In this document: positions 10,437 to 20,782 of the stretch, piece by piece
Position numbering within the stretch: position 1 is the stretch's first letter
How the letters are laid out: each line of letters starts with the position of its first letter
From: Patescibacteria group bacterium UBA6017
GTDB taxonomy: Bacteria; Patescibacteriota; Saccharimonadia; UBA4664
Length of the DNA stretch: 64,000 nucleotides
Reading direction: 5' to 3'
Assembly: GCA_002429485.1 (NCBI GenBank)
Contig: DIZX01000015.1
Span: forward strand, 86,044 to 150,043
Position numbers and translations under genes: made by a program
Notes under the pieces: generated by a model
Told to the model about the DNA's origin: nothing
Databases searched by the model: none
What the model saw: the letters and a program-made list of their open reading frames with translations, nothing else

Positions 10437-11048
10437 CTATGAGCCGGCGCGAGTCAGCACTACCACCTGCGTTTCGGTAGGTGCTTCCTTGGAGTTCACG
10501 CGCAACTTCGATTCTGGCTCGGGATTCACACCCATCTCCTTCAAGAACAGATCCACGCCGTCCTGCGGCATCGGATACTTCGAGACCCCGTCGTCGTAGT
10601 GTACGGGCACTACATAGCCCGGCTCGAGCTGCGCCACTACAGCCGCGGCCCCCTCGGCGTCGAGCGTGAGGCCCTTGCCGCCCACGGGCACCACCAGCAC
10701 GTCGACCTGTCCTAAGTGTTCAACTTGCTCAGCGTCGAGCTTGCCGGAGATGTTTCCAGCTATCACCACGTTCACTCCATCGATCAAAATGCTGTAAACA
10801 GTACTACGATAACCATCCTCATCAATATGCAGTCGAGCGGGCACGCCCGTAATCATGGCTCCCTTCACCTCGTACTCGCCTGGACTATAAATGCTCATGG
10901 CACCCGCCAGCACAGGCCACTCGCCCGCCTCGGCCGGTCCCGAAAGTGTCACCACGTCCGCCTTACCCGCGCCGAGTGGGTCGCTGATCACGTTCAAATT
11001 CTTGCCTGACAGCTTCACGCTTCCCGCGCCTAAATAGGTAATATCCAT
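10437..11048 (-). CDS. MBL-fold (lactamase_B_3-like) protein
   Basis: MDITYLG, PGEYEVKG, VDVLVVPVGG, VVPVHY; metal ligands partly lost. Confidence 0.8.
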   Translation of the reverse strand: MDITYLGAGSVKLSGKNLNVISDPLGAGKADVVTLSGPAEAGEWPVLAGAMSIYSPGEYEVKGAMITGVPARLHIDEDGYRSTVYSILIDGVNVVIAGNISGKLDAEQVEHLGQVDVLVVPVGGKGLTLDAEGAAAVVAQLEPGYVVPVHYDDGVSKYPMPQDGVDLFLKEMGVNPEPESKLRVNSKEAPTETQVVVLTRAGS

Positions 11049-11067
11049 CCGTGTCTCCTGATTATTC

Positions 11068-11742
11068 TTACTGCGTAAACTGGCCGCGGCCGGACGCACG
11101 CTTTGTTTTGACTTCTAGCATCTCGCCGAACTTCACATCACTGTGGGCCAACGGCTTCTCCTGACCATCTATGATCACGATCTTGCGAGCTTCGAGCACC
11201 ATGGTAATAAACCGATCGTTCAAGCTCAACCGGTACTGGTACTCATCGGGAGTGAGCGCCGAATAGTTGAGCTCCCGGCCCATCTCCTTCTCCATCTCCG
11301 CTACTACCTTCGCCAACCGAGCCTTATTGATATCGCCGACTACAAAGATGTCGACGTTCGTGCGGGTATCTCGAGCAAACGAGCCCGTGAGAAATGCGAA
11401 GCTGATTGATCCCGTCGACCGAAGCCGCTTGATGATCTTATCTTCTTCGCGAGTCTCTTTGACCACCGGGTCGCTCGACTTCGCCGGCATACTCGTGAAG
11501 ATACTTCGCAGCTGCTCGTAGTATTCATACTTCGGATTTACTTCGTAGTAGAGACGGTTGTTCGAGCCGTCGCTGCTCACCAAACCAACCGACAATAAGT
11601 TGGCCAACTCGCGTCGCACCGAGTTAATCTGCTCATCAATCTTGCGCGTAATTTCGCGGACATAAAACGGCCGTCCGGGGTTATTAAAAAAAAGGCTCAA
11701 GAGCTTCACTCGTGTTTTCGAACCAAACAGTTGTTCGACCAT
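11068..11742 (-). CDS. winged-HTH plus nucleotidyltransferase-like domain protein (CPR-common regulator)
   Basis: LFGSKTRVKLL..F..NP..FYVREITR...NSVRREL; GSFA...DIFVVG. Confidence 0.75.
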   Translation of the reverse strand: MVEQLFGSKTRVKLLSLFFNNPGRPFYVREITRKIDEQINSVRRELANLLSVGLVSSDGSNNRLYYEVNPKYEYYEQLRSIFTSMPAKSSDPVVKETREEDKIIKRLRSTGSISFAFLTGSFARDTRTNVDIFVVGDINKARLAKVVAEMEKEMGRELNYSALTPDEYQYRLSLNDRFITMVLEARKIVIIDGQEKPLAHSDVKFGEMLEVKTKRASGRGQFTQ

Positions 11743-11795
11743 ATTATTTCCTCACGCCCTAATCTATATTTGCTGCGATAAGTATAGCAAAACGG

Positions 11796-13163
11796 TCACC
11801 TGGGAACAATCGACCACATAAGTGCGGCTGCCGCGGCACCCATTACGGCAAAACTGGCCCATAATCCGAGCTTGGAGAGCCATTTACTGCGGTATTCACC
11901 CATCACGTCCTGGCGGCTCGCAATCCGCGCAATTAGGTAAATTAACGGTACCGCAGCTATGCCGTTGAACACCGCAGTGAATATTAAAGCTTTGATCGGA
12001 TCAAGTCCGATGAAGTTGAACACCAAACCAGCCAACGTTCCGAAGATGATTATGAGGTAGAATTCTCGCGCCTGTTTGAACTTTCGAAACAGACCTTCGT
12101 GCCAATTGAACGTCTCCGAAAGCGCATACGACGAGGACCCCGCCAACACCGGAACACTCATCAACCCGATGCCGATCACGCCGACCGCGAAGATAACTTT
12201 CGCGATATAGCCGGCGTTCGGGAAGTTGTGAACCAGCGGCTCGAGGGCTCGTGCGGCGTCGGCCGCCGAGTCGATATTCGTGACGCCCGAGCTGCCCAGC
12301 ACCACTGCCCCCACCACGATCACGAACCACGCCGTCACATTTGAAAACAGCATTCCGAAAGCCGTATCGATCCGCAACCGCCTCAGATATGGCGCGGTCA
12401 GTCTCGGCACGCCGCCACGCTGAGCCAGCCTATGGGCCGCTATTTCATCTTCGACTACCTCGCTCGTCTGCCAGAAAAACAGATACGGCGAAATAGTGGT
12501 CCCGAGTATTGCCACCAAAATATACAGGTATTCCGGGCTCCATTTGATTTGCGGGATAATCGTCGCGCGCAGTACATCGCCCCAGGGAACATTCACCAAA
12601 AAGGCCGTGATCGGGTAAGCCAGCAGCGTTATTGCCAGCCACTTCAGGATGCGCACGTACGTCTTGTAGGGCACAAACACTTCCAGCAGCAGCATCACGA
12701 TCGAAAATACCACCGCCAGCAGCGCAAATGGCAGCCCCGGCACCAGCAATTGTGTACTGGCCGCCATCGCACCAATATCGGAACCGATGTTTAGCGTGTT
12801 CGCCACCACCACCAGCGCCACCACCGGATACAAAATCTTCTTTGGGTAACGTTCGCGGATCACCGCGGCCAATCCCTTGCCCGTCACCGCCCCGATACGC
12901 ATACAAGCCTCCTGCACCGCTGTCATCAAGGGATAGGTAAGAAACATGGTCCATAACAGCGCATAGCCAAATTGTGCCCCGGCCTGAGAGTAGGTCGCCA
13001 GCCCCGACGGGTCATCATCCGCAGCACCAGTCACAATTCCCGGTCCGAAGATTCGCAGAGCCCGGCCAAACCCATGTTGCAACGACCTGCGCCTAGAGCC
13101 CGCCGGCGCTTTTGTGGCGGCTAGTTCCGCCTCGGTTATAGCCTCGTCGGGCAGGAGAATCAT
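11796..13163 (-). CDS. NRAMP family divalent metal transporter
   Basis: GPGIVTGAADDDPSG, GTTISPYLFFWQ. Confidence 0.9.
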   Translation of the reverse strand: MILLPDEAITEAELAATKAPAGSRRRSLQHGFGRALRIFGPGIVTGAADDDPSGLATYSQAGAQFGYALLWTMFLTYPLMTAVQEACMRIGAVTGKGLAAVIRERYPKKILYPVVALVVVANTLNIGSDIGAMAASTQLLVPGLPFALLAVVFSIVMLLLEVFVPYKTYVRILKWLAITLLAYPITAFLVNVPWGDVLRATIIPQIKWSPEYLYILVAILGTTISPYLFFWQTSEVVEDEIAAHRLAQRGGVPRLTAPYLRRLRIDTAFGMLFSNVTAWFVIVVGAVVLGSSGVTNIDSAADAARALEPLVHNFPNAGYIAKVIFAVGVIGIGLMSVPVLAGSSSYALSETFNWHEGLFRKFKQAREFYLIIIFGTLAGLVFNFIGLDPIKALIFTAVFNGIAAVPLIYLIARIASRQDVMGEYRSKWLSKLGLWASFAVMGAAAAALMWSIVPR

Positions 13164-13229
13164 AGTGTTCTAAGCATAAGCAAATTCACCCTCACTGTCC
13201 AGATAAGTCTCCACACTAATCAGGCACGC

Positions 13230-13952
13230 CTACCGCGGACGAGTCGCCGCCACCTTAGCCGCGGCCAGTTCGAATGAGCTATCGAGCGGCTGCAACTCCT
13301 GCACCCCATGACGGCGCTTCAGGGCTGCCAACAGCAGCTTATCGGCCAACTGCGGATTCTTGGGCAGCACCGGTCCGTGCAAATAGGTCCCAATCGCCTC
13401 TCCCGACACCGCCCCCTCGTACCCGCTCTTGGGATTATTGCCGCAACCCTTCGAAACCTTCGCCAAAGGCAATTGCCCCTTGTCGAGCTTGGTTGCCCCG
13501 GAATGATTCTCAAACCCTACCAACGCGCCCAATTCATCGTTTTTTGCCACCACGTTACCGATCATCCGTACGCTCCCCGCCCGCGTATTGGCGTTGAACA
13601 CCCCGATTCCGGGTATTACATCACCGCCCCCGGTCACAAATTCTCGGCCAAACAACTGATACAGTCCGCAAATCACCAGCATCGGCACGCCGGCCTTCGC
13701 CATTTCCCGCAGCTTGTCTCCGTGGCGCACCAAATCGGCTCCCACCGCTAACTGACCCGAATCCTGCCCGCCGCCGCCAAATACCAGATCTACCGCCTCC
13801 CAGTCGAACGCCTCGCCAATCTCCACCTGGCGCACCTCAGCCCGTAAACCGCGCCATTCCAGCCGCTTCACCAATGAAATAATATTGCCCATATCCCCGT
13901 AAATATTCATTTCCCGCGGGTACAGGTGTGCAATCACAATCGTCTGGCTCAT
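13230..13952 (-). CDS. gatD: lipid II isoglutaminyl synthase glutaminase subunit (CobQ-like GATase)
   Basis: MNIYGDMGN, GGGQD, ICGLYQLFG, GFENHSG, TYLHGP.LPKNP; overlaps murT. Confidence 0.92.
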   Translation of the reverse strand: MSQTIVIAHLYPREMNIYGDMGNIISLVKRLEWRGLRAEVRQVEIGEAFDWEAVDLVFGGGGQDSGQLAVGADLVRHGDKLREMAKAGVPMLVICGLYQLFGREFVTGGGDVIPGIGVFNANTRAGSVRMIGNVVAKNDELGALVGFENHSGATKLDKGQLPLAKVSKGCGNNPKSGYEGAVSGEAIGTYLHGPVLPKNPQLADKLLLAALKRRHGVQELQPLDSSFELAAAKVAATRPR

Positions 13953-15325
13953 CGCGGCATCTCCTGCATTGTTTTGCTCCGGCTTTGAAGCAATTTACGG
14001 ACCTCAAGCATGGCGGTGTAGGTAGGCAAAATATATGCCGTTTCTCCTACCGGTGTCGCTGCCACCAGCGCATCAATCCCTTCAGCCAAGCTCGCCGCCG
14101 GCGTGGACTTCACTCCCGCATAATGCAGCCGCATCGCCATATCCGACCCTCGGATTCCGGCCGTCAAAACCGTAGGATTTGAGCCTGCCAGAGCCTCAAT
14201 CGGCACATCCCACAGCCAAGACACGTCGCGCCCATCGGCCGCCAAATCGTTAATCACAAACATCGCCCGTACCGCCTCGCGTCCGATCACAAACGTCTGC
14301 AGCACCTGCGTGAACCCAGCCGGATTCTTAATTAGCAGCAGCACCAAAGTGCGCCCGTCTATCTCCACCCGCTCCACCCTGCCAAAAGCTGCCTGAGTGA
14401 CGGCCAGCGTCTGCTGGATCAGCTCCACACCGATGCCGACCCCCTGCCCGAGGCTGATAGCGGCCAGTGCGTTGTACAGGTTATAAGTCCCCGGCAAAGG
14501 AAAGTCGTACGTACTGCGCTTACCGCGAATAGCGGCCACAAACCGACTGCCCATTCGATCCGCCGTCTCCACATTCGTAATCACCACCTCGCCCGCCGGC
14601 CTCGAAAAATCACCCTTCGGGCAACGATAATGCCCCACATGCCCATAAAATACCCGGCTAAACTCGAGCCGGCTATGGCACTCCGGGCAACGATCCGAAT
14701 CAATTGCCGTCTGATGCTCGCCCACCGGGTTCACGGGTACCCCTTCGATGCCAAAATAATGCACGTCTGCGGGCTTCCCCGCGTACTTCGCCAAGCTCGC
14801 CACCAAGGGATCATCGGCGTTCAGATACAGTTCAGCCGAAGTCGCGGCGATTCCCTCGCCGATCAACTTGGCGGTCGTATCTAGCTCGCCGTACCTATCC
14901 AACTGATCCCGAAATAAATTCGTCACGATGATGTGCGTTGGCTTAATCTCCGGCGCCACCAGCCGCAAGCTAGCCTCATCTACCTCAAACAACCCCACTG
15001 TAGCGGTCATTTTGCCGCGCATATCCGCCGCGGCAATCAGTGCCGACACCACCCCGCGCTTCAGATTCGAGCCGCTGCTGTTGGTTACCACCTTTACGCC
15101 ATGGGCGCTCAGTATTTCACCAATCAGCTTGGTAGTAGTAGTTTTGCCGTTGGTGCCTGTGACCACAATCACCCCGCCGCTCAGTCCCGCCGCCAGTTTG
15201 CCCGACAAATGCGGATCCAGCATTTCAGCTACCACTCCGGGCAATGCCCCGCCGCCGCCACGGCCCAGCAGTTGGCTCAAGTGGGCCGCCGTCTTGGAGG
15301 CAAGCAGAGTCAGGGTTACGTTCAT
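13949..15325 (-). CDS. murT: lipid II isoglutaminyl synthase Mur-ligase subunit (DUF1727)
   Basis: VTGTNGKTTT, NLFRDQLDRYGE, Cys cluster, KNPAG, DGRDVSWLWD, PTYTAML. Confidence 0.92.
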   Translation of the reverse strand: MNVTLTLLASKTAAHLSQLLGRGGGGALPGVVAEMLDPHLSGKLAAGLSGGVIVVTGTNGKTTTTKLIGEILSAHGVKVVTNSSGSNLKRGVVSALIAAADMRGKMTATVGLFEVDEASLRLVAPEIKPTHIIVTNLFRDQLDRYGELDTTAKLIGEGIAATSAELYLNADDPLVASLAKYAGKPADVHYFGIEGVPVNPVGEHQTAIDSDRCPECHSRLEFSRVFYGHVGHYRCPKGDFSRPAGEVVITNVETADRMGSRFVAAIRGKRSTYDFPLPGTYNLYNALAAISLGQGVGIGVELIQQTLAVTQAAFGRVERVEIDGRTLVLLLIKNPAGFTQVLQTFVIGREAVRAMFVINDLAADGRDVSWLWDVPIEALAGSNPTVLTAGIRGSDMAMRLHYAGVKSTPAASLAEGIDALVAATPVGETAYILPTYTAMLEVRKLLQSRSKTMQEMPR

Positions 15326-15351
15326 AGCACAAGTATAGCCGAAACTAGCGC

Positions 15352-16251
15352 TTAAGCCTCACTCCGCCCGTCAGTTCGGAGCAAAAACTCTCGGACCATT
15401 GGCGCGGCTTCACTAGCATTCTCGATCCAATGAATGCTCGGGTTGCGCTTAAACCACGTCACCTGTTTCTTGAACAGCGACAGGTGTTCGTACATGCAAT
15501 CCGTCTTGGCCTGCTCGAGGGTTTTGGCGCCTATCAGCAGCCCCTTGAACGCCCGATAGCCCATCACCTCCAGTGCCGGATTATTCCATCCGTACCTCTC
15601 GCCAATTACTCGGATTTCATTAATAAAGCCTTCTTCAAGCATTTTATCGATTCTGTGTTCAATCCTTTTTTGAACAACTTGTTTGTTCAACGTCGTACCT
15701 AATACCAGTACATCGGGCCGGACTTCCCGGCGCTTCTGGCGTGCTTCTCCCGCCGTTTCAATCGCCCGAATCACCCGCCGGCGGTTGGCTCGATCGACGT
15801 ATTCAAAGGCCCTGGGATCCTTTGCCAGCAGCAGTTCATGCAGCTGCGTGTCCGTCATTGCTTCCAGTTTTTGGCGCCGGTCCGGATTGCCCGCCGCCGG
15901 AAATTCGTAATCAAATATCACCGCATCCACATACAGTCCGCTCCCGCCAACCAACAGCGGCAATTTGCCACGGGATGAAATCTCGTTAATCTGCGTCTCT
16001 GCCAGCTGCTTAAATTCCCCAGCGCTCAGCCGCTCGCCCGGATCCACAATATCCAGCAAATGATGCGGTACCTGTGCCTGCTCGTCCGCCGTCGGCTTGG
16101 CCGTACCGATATCCATGCCCCGATAAATTGTTCGCGAGTCCGCGCACACCACCTCACCATCAAAAACCTGCGCCAACGCAATCGCCAACCCGGTCTTACC
16201 TGTGGCTGTCGGCCCCACAATTGCCACAAACTTCATACCATGATCAATCAC
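15352..16251 (-). CDS. miaA: tRNA dimethylallyltransferase
   Basis: GPTATGKT, DSRTIYRGMDIGTAKP, VGGSGLY. Confidence 0.96.
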   Translation of the reverse strand: MIDHGMKFVAIVGPTATGKTGLAIALAQVFDGEVVCADSRTIYRGMDIGTAKPTADEQAQVPHHLLDIVDPGERLSAGEFKQLAETQINEISSRGKLPLLVGGSGLYVDAVIFDYEFPAAGNPDRRQKLEAMTDTQLHELLLAKDPRAFEYVDRANRRRVIRAIETAGEARQKRREVRPDVLVLGTTLNKQVVQKRIEHRIDKMLEEGFINEIRVIGERYGWNNPALEVMGYRAFKGLLIGAKTLEQAKTDCMYEHLSLFKKQVTWFKRNPSIHWIENASEAAPMVREFLLRTDGRSEA

Positions 16252-16577
16252 AACTGCTCCTCGCTCTCAGGAGGCCACCACATCAACGAATCCACCCCCA
16301 CGATAGATTCCGCGCTCACACTTACACCTTCCGCTTCCAGCAGCTGCGCCTGAGCACTACGCCCACCCGGAAACGCCCCCGCCAAGCCACCCCGCTTATT
16401 CACTACCCGGTGCCACGGCAGCTCTTCCGAGCCGAAATGCGCTATCCCGCCCACGATCCGCGCCGCCCGGGGACTGCCGCACAGCGCCGCAATCTGCCCA
16501 TACGTCATCACCCGCCCAGACGGAATCCGCGCCACGAGAGAGTAAACCAATTCATTGAGAGTAATACCGGTGTCCAT
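16248..16577 (-). CDS. MGMT/alkyltransferase-like (ATL) DNA-binding protein
   Basis: IPSGRVMTYGQIA, PWHRVV (W in place of catalytic C); start refined to MDTG. Confidence 0.88.
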   Translation of the reverse strand: MDTGITLNELVYSLVARIPSGRVMTYGQIAALCGSPRAARIVGGIAHFGSEELPWHRVVNKRGGLAGAFPGGRSAQAQLLEAEGVSVSAESIVGVDSLMWWPPESEEQL

Positions 16578-16675
16578 GGGCGACATTATGACACACTCCC
16601 CCGTAAAATGAAGAGGATCGGCTAGCGTATCGCCAGCCGATCCCGTCCAGGTTTGTTCACATTTGATCGAAGCCA

Positions 16676-17293
16676 TTATGCGGCGGCTACCCACCCGAAA
16701 TGGCGCCTTTTGCCCACTACGAGAATGTGGATCGACGTCAGGAACACCCGAAGCTGTCGCTCCAGACTCGGATCGTCCAGATATTCGAGGTCGTATCGGA
16801 TGACGTCGGAACAAGACGATCGGATCTGATGCCACCCCGACAAACCGGGGCGAACCTGCTTCCGACGATCCTCCCAATAAGCAATCCGCTCCTGACATCC
16901 CTCGTTGCGCCGACGGATCTTCTCAAAGTTGAGTGCCAGCAAAGGTCGCGGCCCCACCATGCTCATGTCTCCACGCAACACGTTGAGCAGTTGCGGCAGT
17001 TCATCGATCCCCCGATCACGCAGAGCTTTGCCGATCGGCAACATGTTCGCGTTGCCCAACTCGGCAAAATCAAGCGTCACGCCCGCGTTATCGTGCGGGC
17101 GTATCGTCCGGAGCTTGAAGCACGAAAACTCGCGCCCTCCTCGCCCGACTCGCTTCGAGATATAGAACGGCGGGTACCCGTAGGTCAGCCACATCACCGC
17201 AGCCAGGATCAATAGCCCCAGCATCGCAGGAACAAAAAGCAGTCCCGCAATCAGTACGTCCATCATGCGCCTCACTATCATCGCCCCAATCAC
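16676..17293 (-). CDS. bacterial sugar transferase (single-domain phosphoglycosyl transferase)
   Basis: KLRT, DELPQLLNVLRGDMSMVGPRP, PGLSGWHQI, DLEY. Confidence 0.85.
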   Translation of the reverse strand: MIGAMIVRRMMDVLIAGLLFVPAMLGLLILAAVMWLTYGYPPFYISKRVGRGGREFSCFKLRTIRPHDNAGVTLDFAELGNANMLPIGKALRDRGIDELPQLLNVLRGDMSMVGPRPLLALNFEKIRRRNEGCQERIAYWEDRRKQVRPGLSGWHQIRSSCSDVIRYDLEYLDDPSLERQLRVFLTSIHILVVGKRRHFGWVAAA

Positions 17294-17365
17294 TTTGTAG
17301 AAGGTACGTTACTAAAACCTCAGACGCCCTCAATATACCATGAAGCACAAGCGTTTATTCATGCG

Positions 17366-17977
17366 CTAGACGCCCAGCTTACCGTGTATCTCCCACAAAC
17401 GCTCAAGCCATACCTCATCCGTACGAATCTTCTCCACCATATCAAGCAATCGGAGCATATATTCACGGCTGTAGCCTACCGCAACTGCCTGCTGGCTCCA
17501 AAAGGCCGCACTAAACGGATAGCGCAGTTTATGGACCACAAACCGGTTCCACCGCTCAATTAACGCCGGATCTACTACAGACTCGAGCTCAACCGGCATC
17601 GGCGGAGTATCAAACATTTTAGCAATCTCCTCCCGGTTAGACATCGTCTCGTAGAATTCTGCCTCCTCGGCCAACTTAATTGCCCGCCACAATTCCTCAT
17701 CATGCCGATGCACCGCGGCCACATCAAATTCATTCACATACCGATTCCATGTTTCATCCAGGTAGCTATGCAGCAGCCAGCCCACGCGCCAGGAATCCGG
17801 CTCGCGTTCAATTTCATCCAAGTTGACGCCCGCGCTATGCGTCTGCTCCCTCGGCAAATCCGCCATCCGACGTATATCCGGGAACACACTAGCCCGGTAC
17901 ACCTCAATTTCATTAAGCTCGGGGTGTTTCCTCAGATGCGCCCGAGTATAAGCCAGATGTAGCAGTATCGCGGGCAC
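17366..17977 (-). CDS. hypothetical protein, possible Zn-dependent phospholipase C/hydrolase-like
   Basis: P...HL, FPD, R..TH, G.LLHSYLD pattern; GTG start just after thrS stop. Confidence 0.5.
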   Translation of the reverse strand: MPAILLHLAYTRAHLRKHPELNEIEVYRASVFPDIRRMADLPREQTHSAGVNLDEIEREPDSWRVGWLLHSYLDETWNRYVNEFDVAAVHRHDEELWRAIKLAEEAEFYETMSNREEIAKMFDTPPMPVELESVVDPALIERWNRFVVHKLRYPFSAAFWSQQAVAVGYSREYMLRLLDMVEKIRTDEVWLERLWEIHGKLGV

Positions 17978-17981
17978 GTTG

Positions 17982-19832
17982 CTACAGCGTGCTCTTCTGT
18001 GACCGCTGCGCCACCTCTCGCTGCACTGCCGCCGCAAACTCATCCACGCTGAGGCTGCCGTCAAACTCACCGTGTCCCGTCCGCAGCCGCGGGCTCACAA
18101 TGCCGCTCTCGCGCTCTTTGTCGCCAATCACCAGCGTATACGGCACCTTGGCCAGCCCCGCCGCCCGGATCTTCTTGCCCACGCTCTCGGGCGCGCTATC
18201 TACACCCACCCGTATGCCCTTAGTCTCGAATTCAATTCTCAACTCCTCGGTGTAATCCAAAATCGCATCGGTCTCGTTGATCGGTGCCAGCCGCACCTGC
18301 TCGGGGGCCAGCCAGGTCGGGAACGCCCCCGCAGTATTCTCGATCAGTTGCACCATAAACCGCTCCAGCGATCCCATCACGGCGCAGTGCATCATCACGA
18401 TGCGCTCCCGTTCGCCAGATTCATTCGTGCACGTTAGATCAAATCCTTCGGGCTGATTAAAGTCGAGCTGAATCGTGGCTGCCTGGAACTCTCGCCCAAA
18501 CGCATCGCGTGCCATAAAGTCAACTTTCGGACCGTAAAACGCCGCCTCACCGAGACCGTCCGTATACTCCACGCCCTTCTTCTCGATGGCGGCCTTCATC
18601 TGAGCCTCGGCCTGCTGCCAGTTTTCCTCAGATCCACTGTAGGCTTCCATATTCTCAGGATCGTGGCGGCTAAAACGGACTTTTAACTTAATTCCGAACG
18701 TCTCGTTGAATTTTTCAATCACGTTCCAGAGTCGGTCAATCTCACCCTCTACCTGATTGGCGCGAGCAAACACGTGCGCATCATCCTGCGTAATCGACCG
18801 CACCCGTGTGAGTCCGCTCAACTCACCGCTTTGCTCATCGCGGTACACCATGGTCGTTTCGCGGTAACGAATCGGCAAGTCACGATAGCTGCGCGGCTGC
18901 GAGGCGTAAATCTGCGTGTGATGCGGGCAGTTCATCGGCTTCATCGCAAACGTGTGGCCTTCACGCGTCTCGATCTTAAACAGCCCGTCCGAAAACTTCT
19001 TCCAGTGCCCGCTCTTCTCGTACAAATCTTTCTTGGTAATGTGAGGAATCGTCACTGCCTGGAAACCGCCGCCAATGGTTTGGCGCAGCTCCTGCACATA
19101 ACGGTTTAACTCCTCTCGTATGAGCGTTCCCTTGGGCGTATACAGCGGCAAACCGCCTCCCACTAGATCTGAAAACACGAACAAATCCAGTTCTTTTCCT
19201 AGCTTGCGGTGGTCGCGTTTTTCAGCTTCCCGCAGGAGCTCCAAGTGCTGATTTAATTCGGCTTTTGTTGTAAATCCTACACCATATATTCTCTGTAGCT
19301 GAGCATTCTTTTCGTTTCCCCGCCAGTAAGCGCCAGATACCCGCATCAGTTTAAAGGCTCCAACCTTGCCCGTAGATTCTACGTGCGGACCGCGGCACAA
19401 ATCAGTAAACGGGCCATCAGTATACGTTGTAATTTCATCTACTTTTGCTCCCTCTCCCACTCCCAGCTGCGACCGATCAATATCTTTCGCCACGGTAGTT
19501 CCGTGCTTTTTGAGGTCATTTAGCAGGTCCACCTTGTACGTCTGGCCCTTGTTGCCGAAGTACTTCACGGCCTCATCGAGCTGCATCGACGCTCGTTCGA
19601 ACGCAAAATCCGCTTTCACAATCTCGTGCATTTTGTGTTCAATTTTGGCCAAATCTTCGACTGTGATGGGATTTGGCGCGTCCACGTCATAGTAGAAGCC
19701 GTGTTCCACCACCGGCCCGATGCCAAACTTCACTTCCGGGTATAATTCCTGAATTGCCGTCGCCATAATATGCGCCAGTGAATGCCTCATCGCATATAAT
19801 TGCTGCTCTTGTTCTTCTTCGTGATTGCTCAT
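17982..19832 (-). CDS. thrS: threonine--tRNA ligase
   Basis: RHSLAH, DLCRGPHV, RDHRKLG, KPMNCPHH, GLTRVR..TQDDAH, AFYGPK. Confidence 0.98.
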   Translation of the reverse strand: MSNHEEEQEQQLYAMRHSLAHIMATAIQELYPEVKFGIGPVVEHGFYYDVDAPNPITVEDLAKIEHKMHEIVKADFAFERASMQLDEAVKYFGNKGQTYKVDLLNDLKKHGTTVAKDIDRSQLGVGEGAKVDEITTYTDGPFTDLCRGPHVESTGKVGAFKLMRVSGAYWRGNEKNAQLQRIYGVGFTTKAELNQHLELLREAEKRDHRKLGKELDLFVFSDLVGGGLPLYTPKGTLIREELNRYVQELRQTIGGGFQAVTIPHITKKDLYEKSGHWKKFSDGLFKIETREGHTFAMKPMNCPHHTQIYASQPRSYRDLPIRYRETTMVYRDEQSGELSGLTRVRSITQDDAHVFARANQVEGEIDRLWNVIEKFNETFGIKLKVRFSRHDPENMEAYSGSEENWQQAEAQMKAAIEKKGVEYTDGLGEAAFYGPKVDFMARDAFGREFQAATIQLDFNQPEGFDLTCTNESGERERIVMMHCAVMGSLERFMVQLIENTAGAFPTWLAPEQVRLAPINETDAILDYTEELRIEFETKGIRVGVDSAPESVGKKIRAAGLAKVPYTLVIGDKERESGIVSPRLRTGHGEFDGSLSVDEFAAAVQREVAQRSQKSTL

Positions 19833-19849
19833 ATCTTCTCCTTTATATA

Positions 19850-20005
19850 CAAAAAACGACGCACAATTGCTTGCGCGTCTGGACCCTTTTGGGGCGGTTC
19901 CACCAGACTTTCTCGGGCGAACCCAAGACTCTCATAGTTTCCGGTGAACGCCACCGGCAACGAGGCTCGCGGGTTGGTTGGGCCCGGTCAGCACCTTATT
20001 GAACT
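19850..20005 (-). promoter_or_regulatory. T-box riboswitch leader (Thr) with terminator/antiterminator
   Basis: GTCTGGTGGAACCGC T-box; gtctgg/ccagac antiterminator; overlapping terminator gacgcgcaa/ttgtgcgtc plus T-run; promoter TTGCCT-N17-GATAAT at 20040-20012. Confidence 0.85.
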
Positions 20006-20079
20006 AGGCTGATTATCGCAAACTATACTGCTCTAGGCAATCCCAGCAAACGAGTAGCCTTTCTACTTCCCCAATAATG

Positions 20080-20775
20080 TTACTCGACGAAGGGCGGCCG
20101 CTCACCTTTAGCCAACTTGTCTGCAATTTCACGAGCTTCCTGAGGTGATTCAATCAACCCACTCTTTGGCCACTCGCTTTTATTTTGATTGGGCTCGCCT
20201 TGGTCAGGAACATCAGTCTCCTGCGAAGCCACCTCAGCAGCTATACTTTCTTGTGGCCCATTCATCGCGCTCAACTGTTTATCTTGTCGAATTGCGTCCA
20301 GCACCTGGCGAGACTGGTTTGCTCCTAGTTGAGCTACTTCAATACCGGCGGCCTTGCCCGGAGCTTCTGCCTCAATCTGCGCCTTAGCGGCCGCATCCGC
20401 CACGGCCAATCGGGCTATCCTAGCCAGTCTCGCCGACTCCGCACTCGATCCCGGAGTTATCACAGGTCCCGTACCTTCCAGCTGAGCCGGAGACTGAACG
20501 GCATTCACCTCGGCAGCTTCCTGCTCCCCACGAGCGACAATTCCCTTAGCTCGAGCTTCAACTCCGACATGGGTCGTTCCGCTTGATTCGATAGCCTGCG
20601 CCGGCTCAGGAGCATCAGGATCCTGCTCCGTACGAGCCTCCTCCGCTCGTCGGGCAAAAATATCTGCCATATCCTGCAGCGCGTTATCTTTCGGACTTAC
20701 GCGCTCTTTTGAGGCCTCAAAAAGATCTCCCTGCTCAAATTCCTGATCATTTCCGCCTGAACCCTGTTCGCCCAT
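20080..20775 (-). CDS. hypothetical acidic, low-complexity protein
   Basis: 231-aa ORF rich in A/E/Q/P. Confidence 0.65.
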   Translation of the reverse strand: MGEQGSGGNDQEFEQGDLFEASKERVSPKDNALQDMADIFARRAEEARTEQDPDAPEPAQAIESSGTTHVGVEARAKGIVARGEQEAAEVNAVQSPAQLEGTGPVITPGSSAESARLARIARLAVADAAAKAQIEAEAPGKAAGIEVAQLGANQSRQVLDAIRQDKQLSAMNGPQESIAAEVASQETDVPDQGEPNQNKSEWPKSGLIESPQEAREIADKLAKGERPPFVE

Positions 20776-20782
20776 TGCTCGC

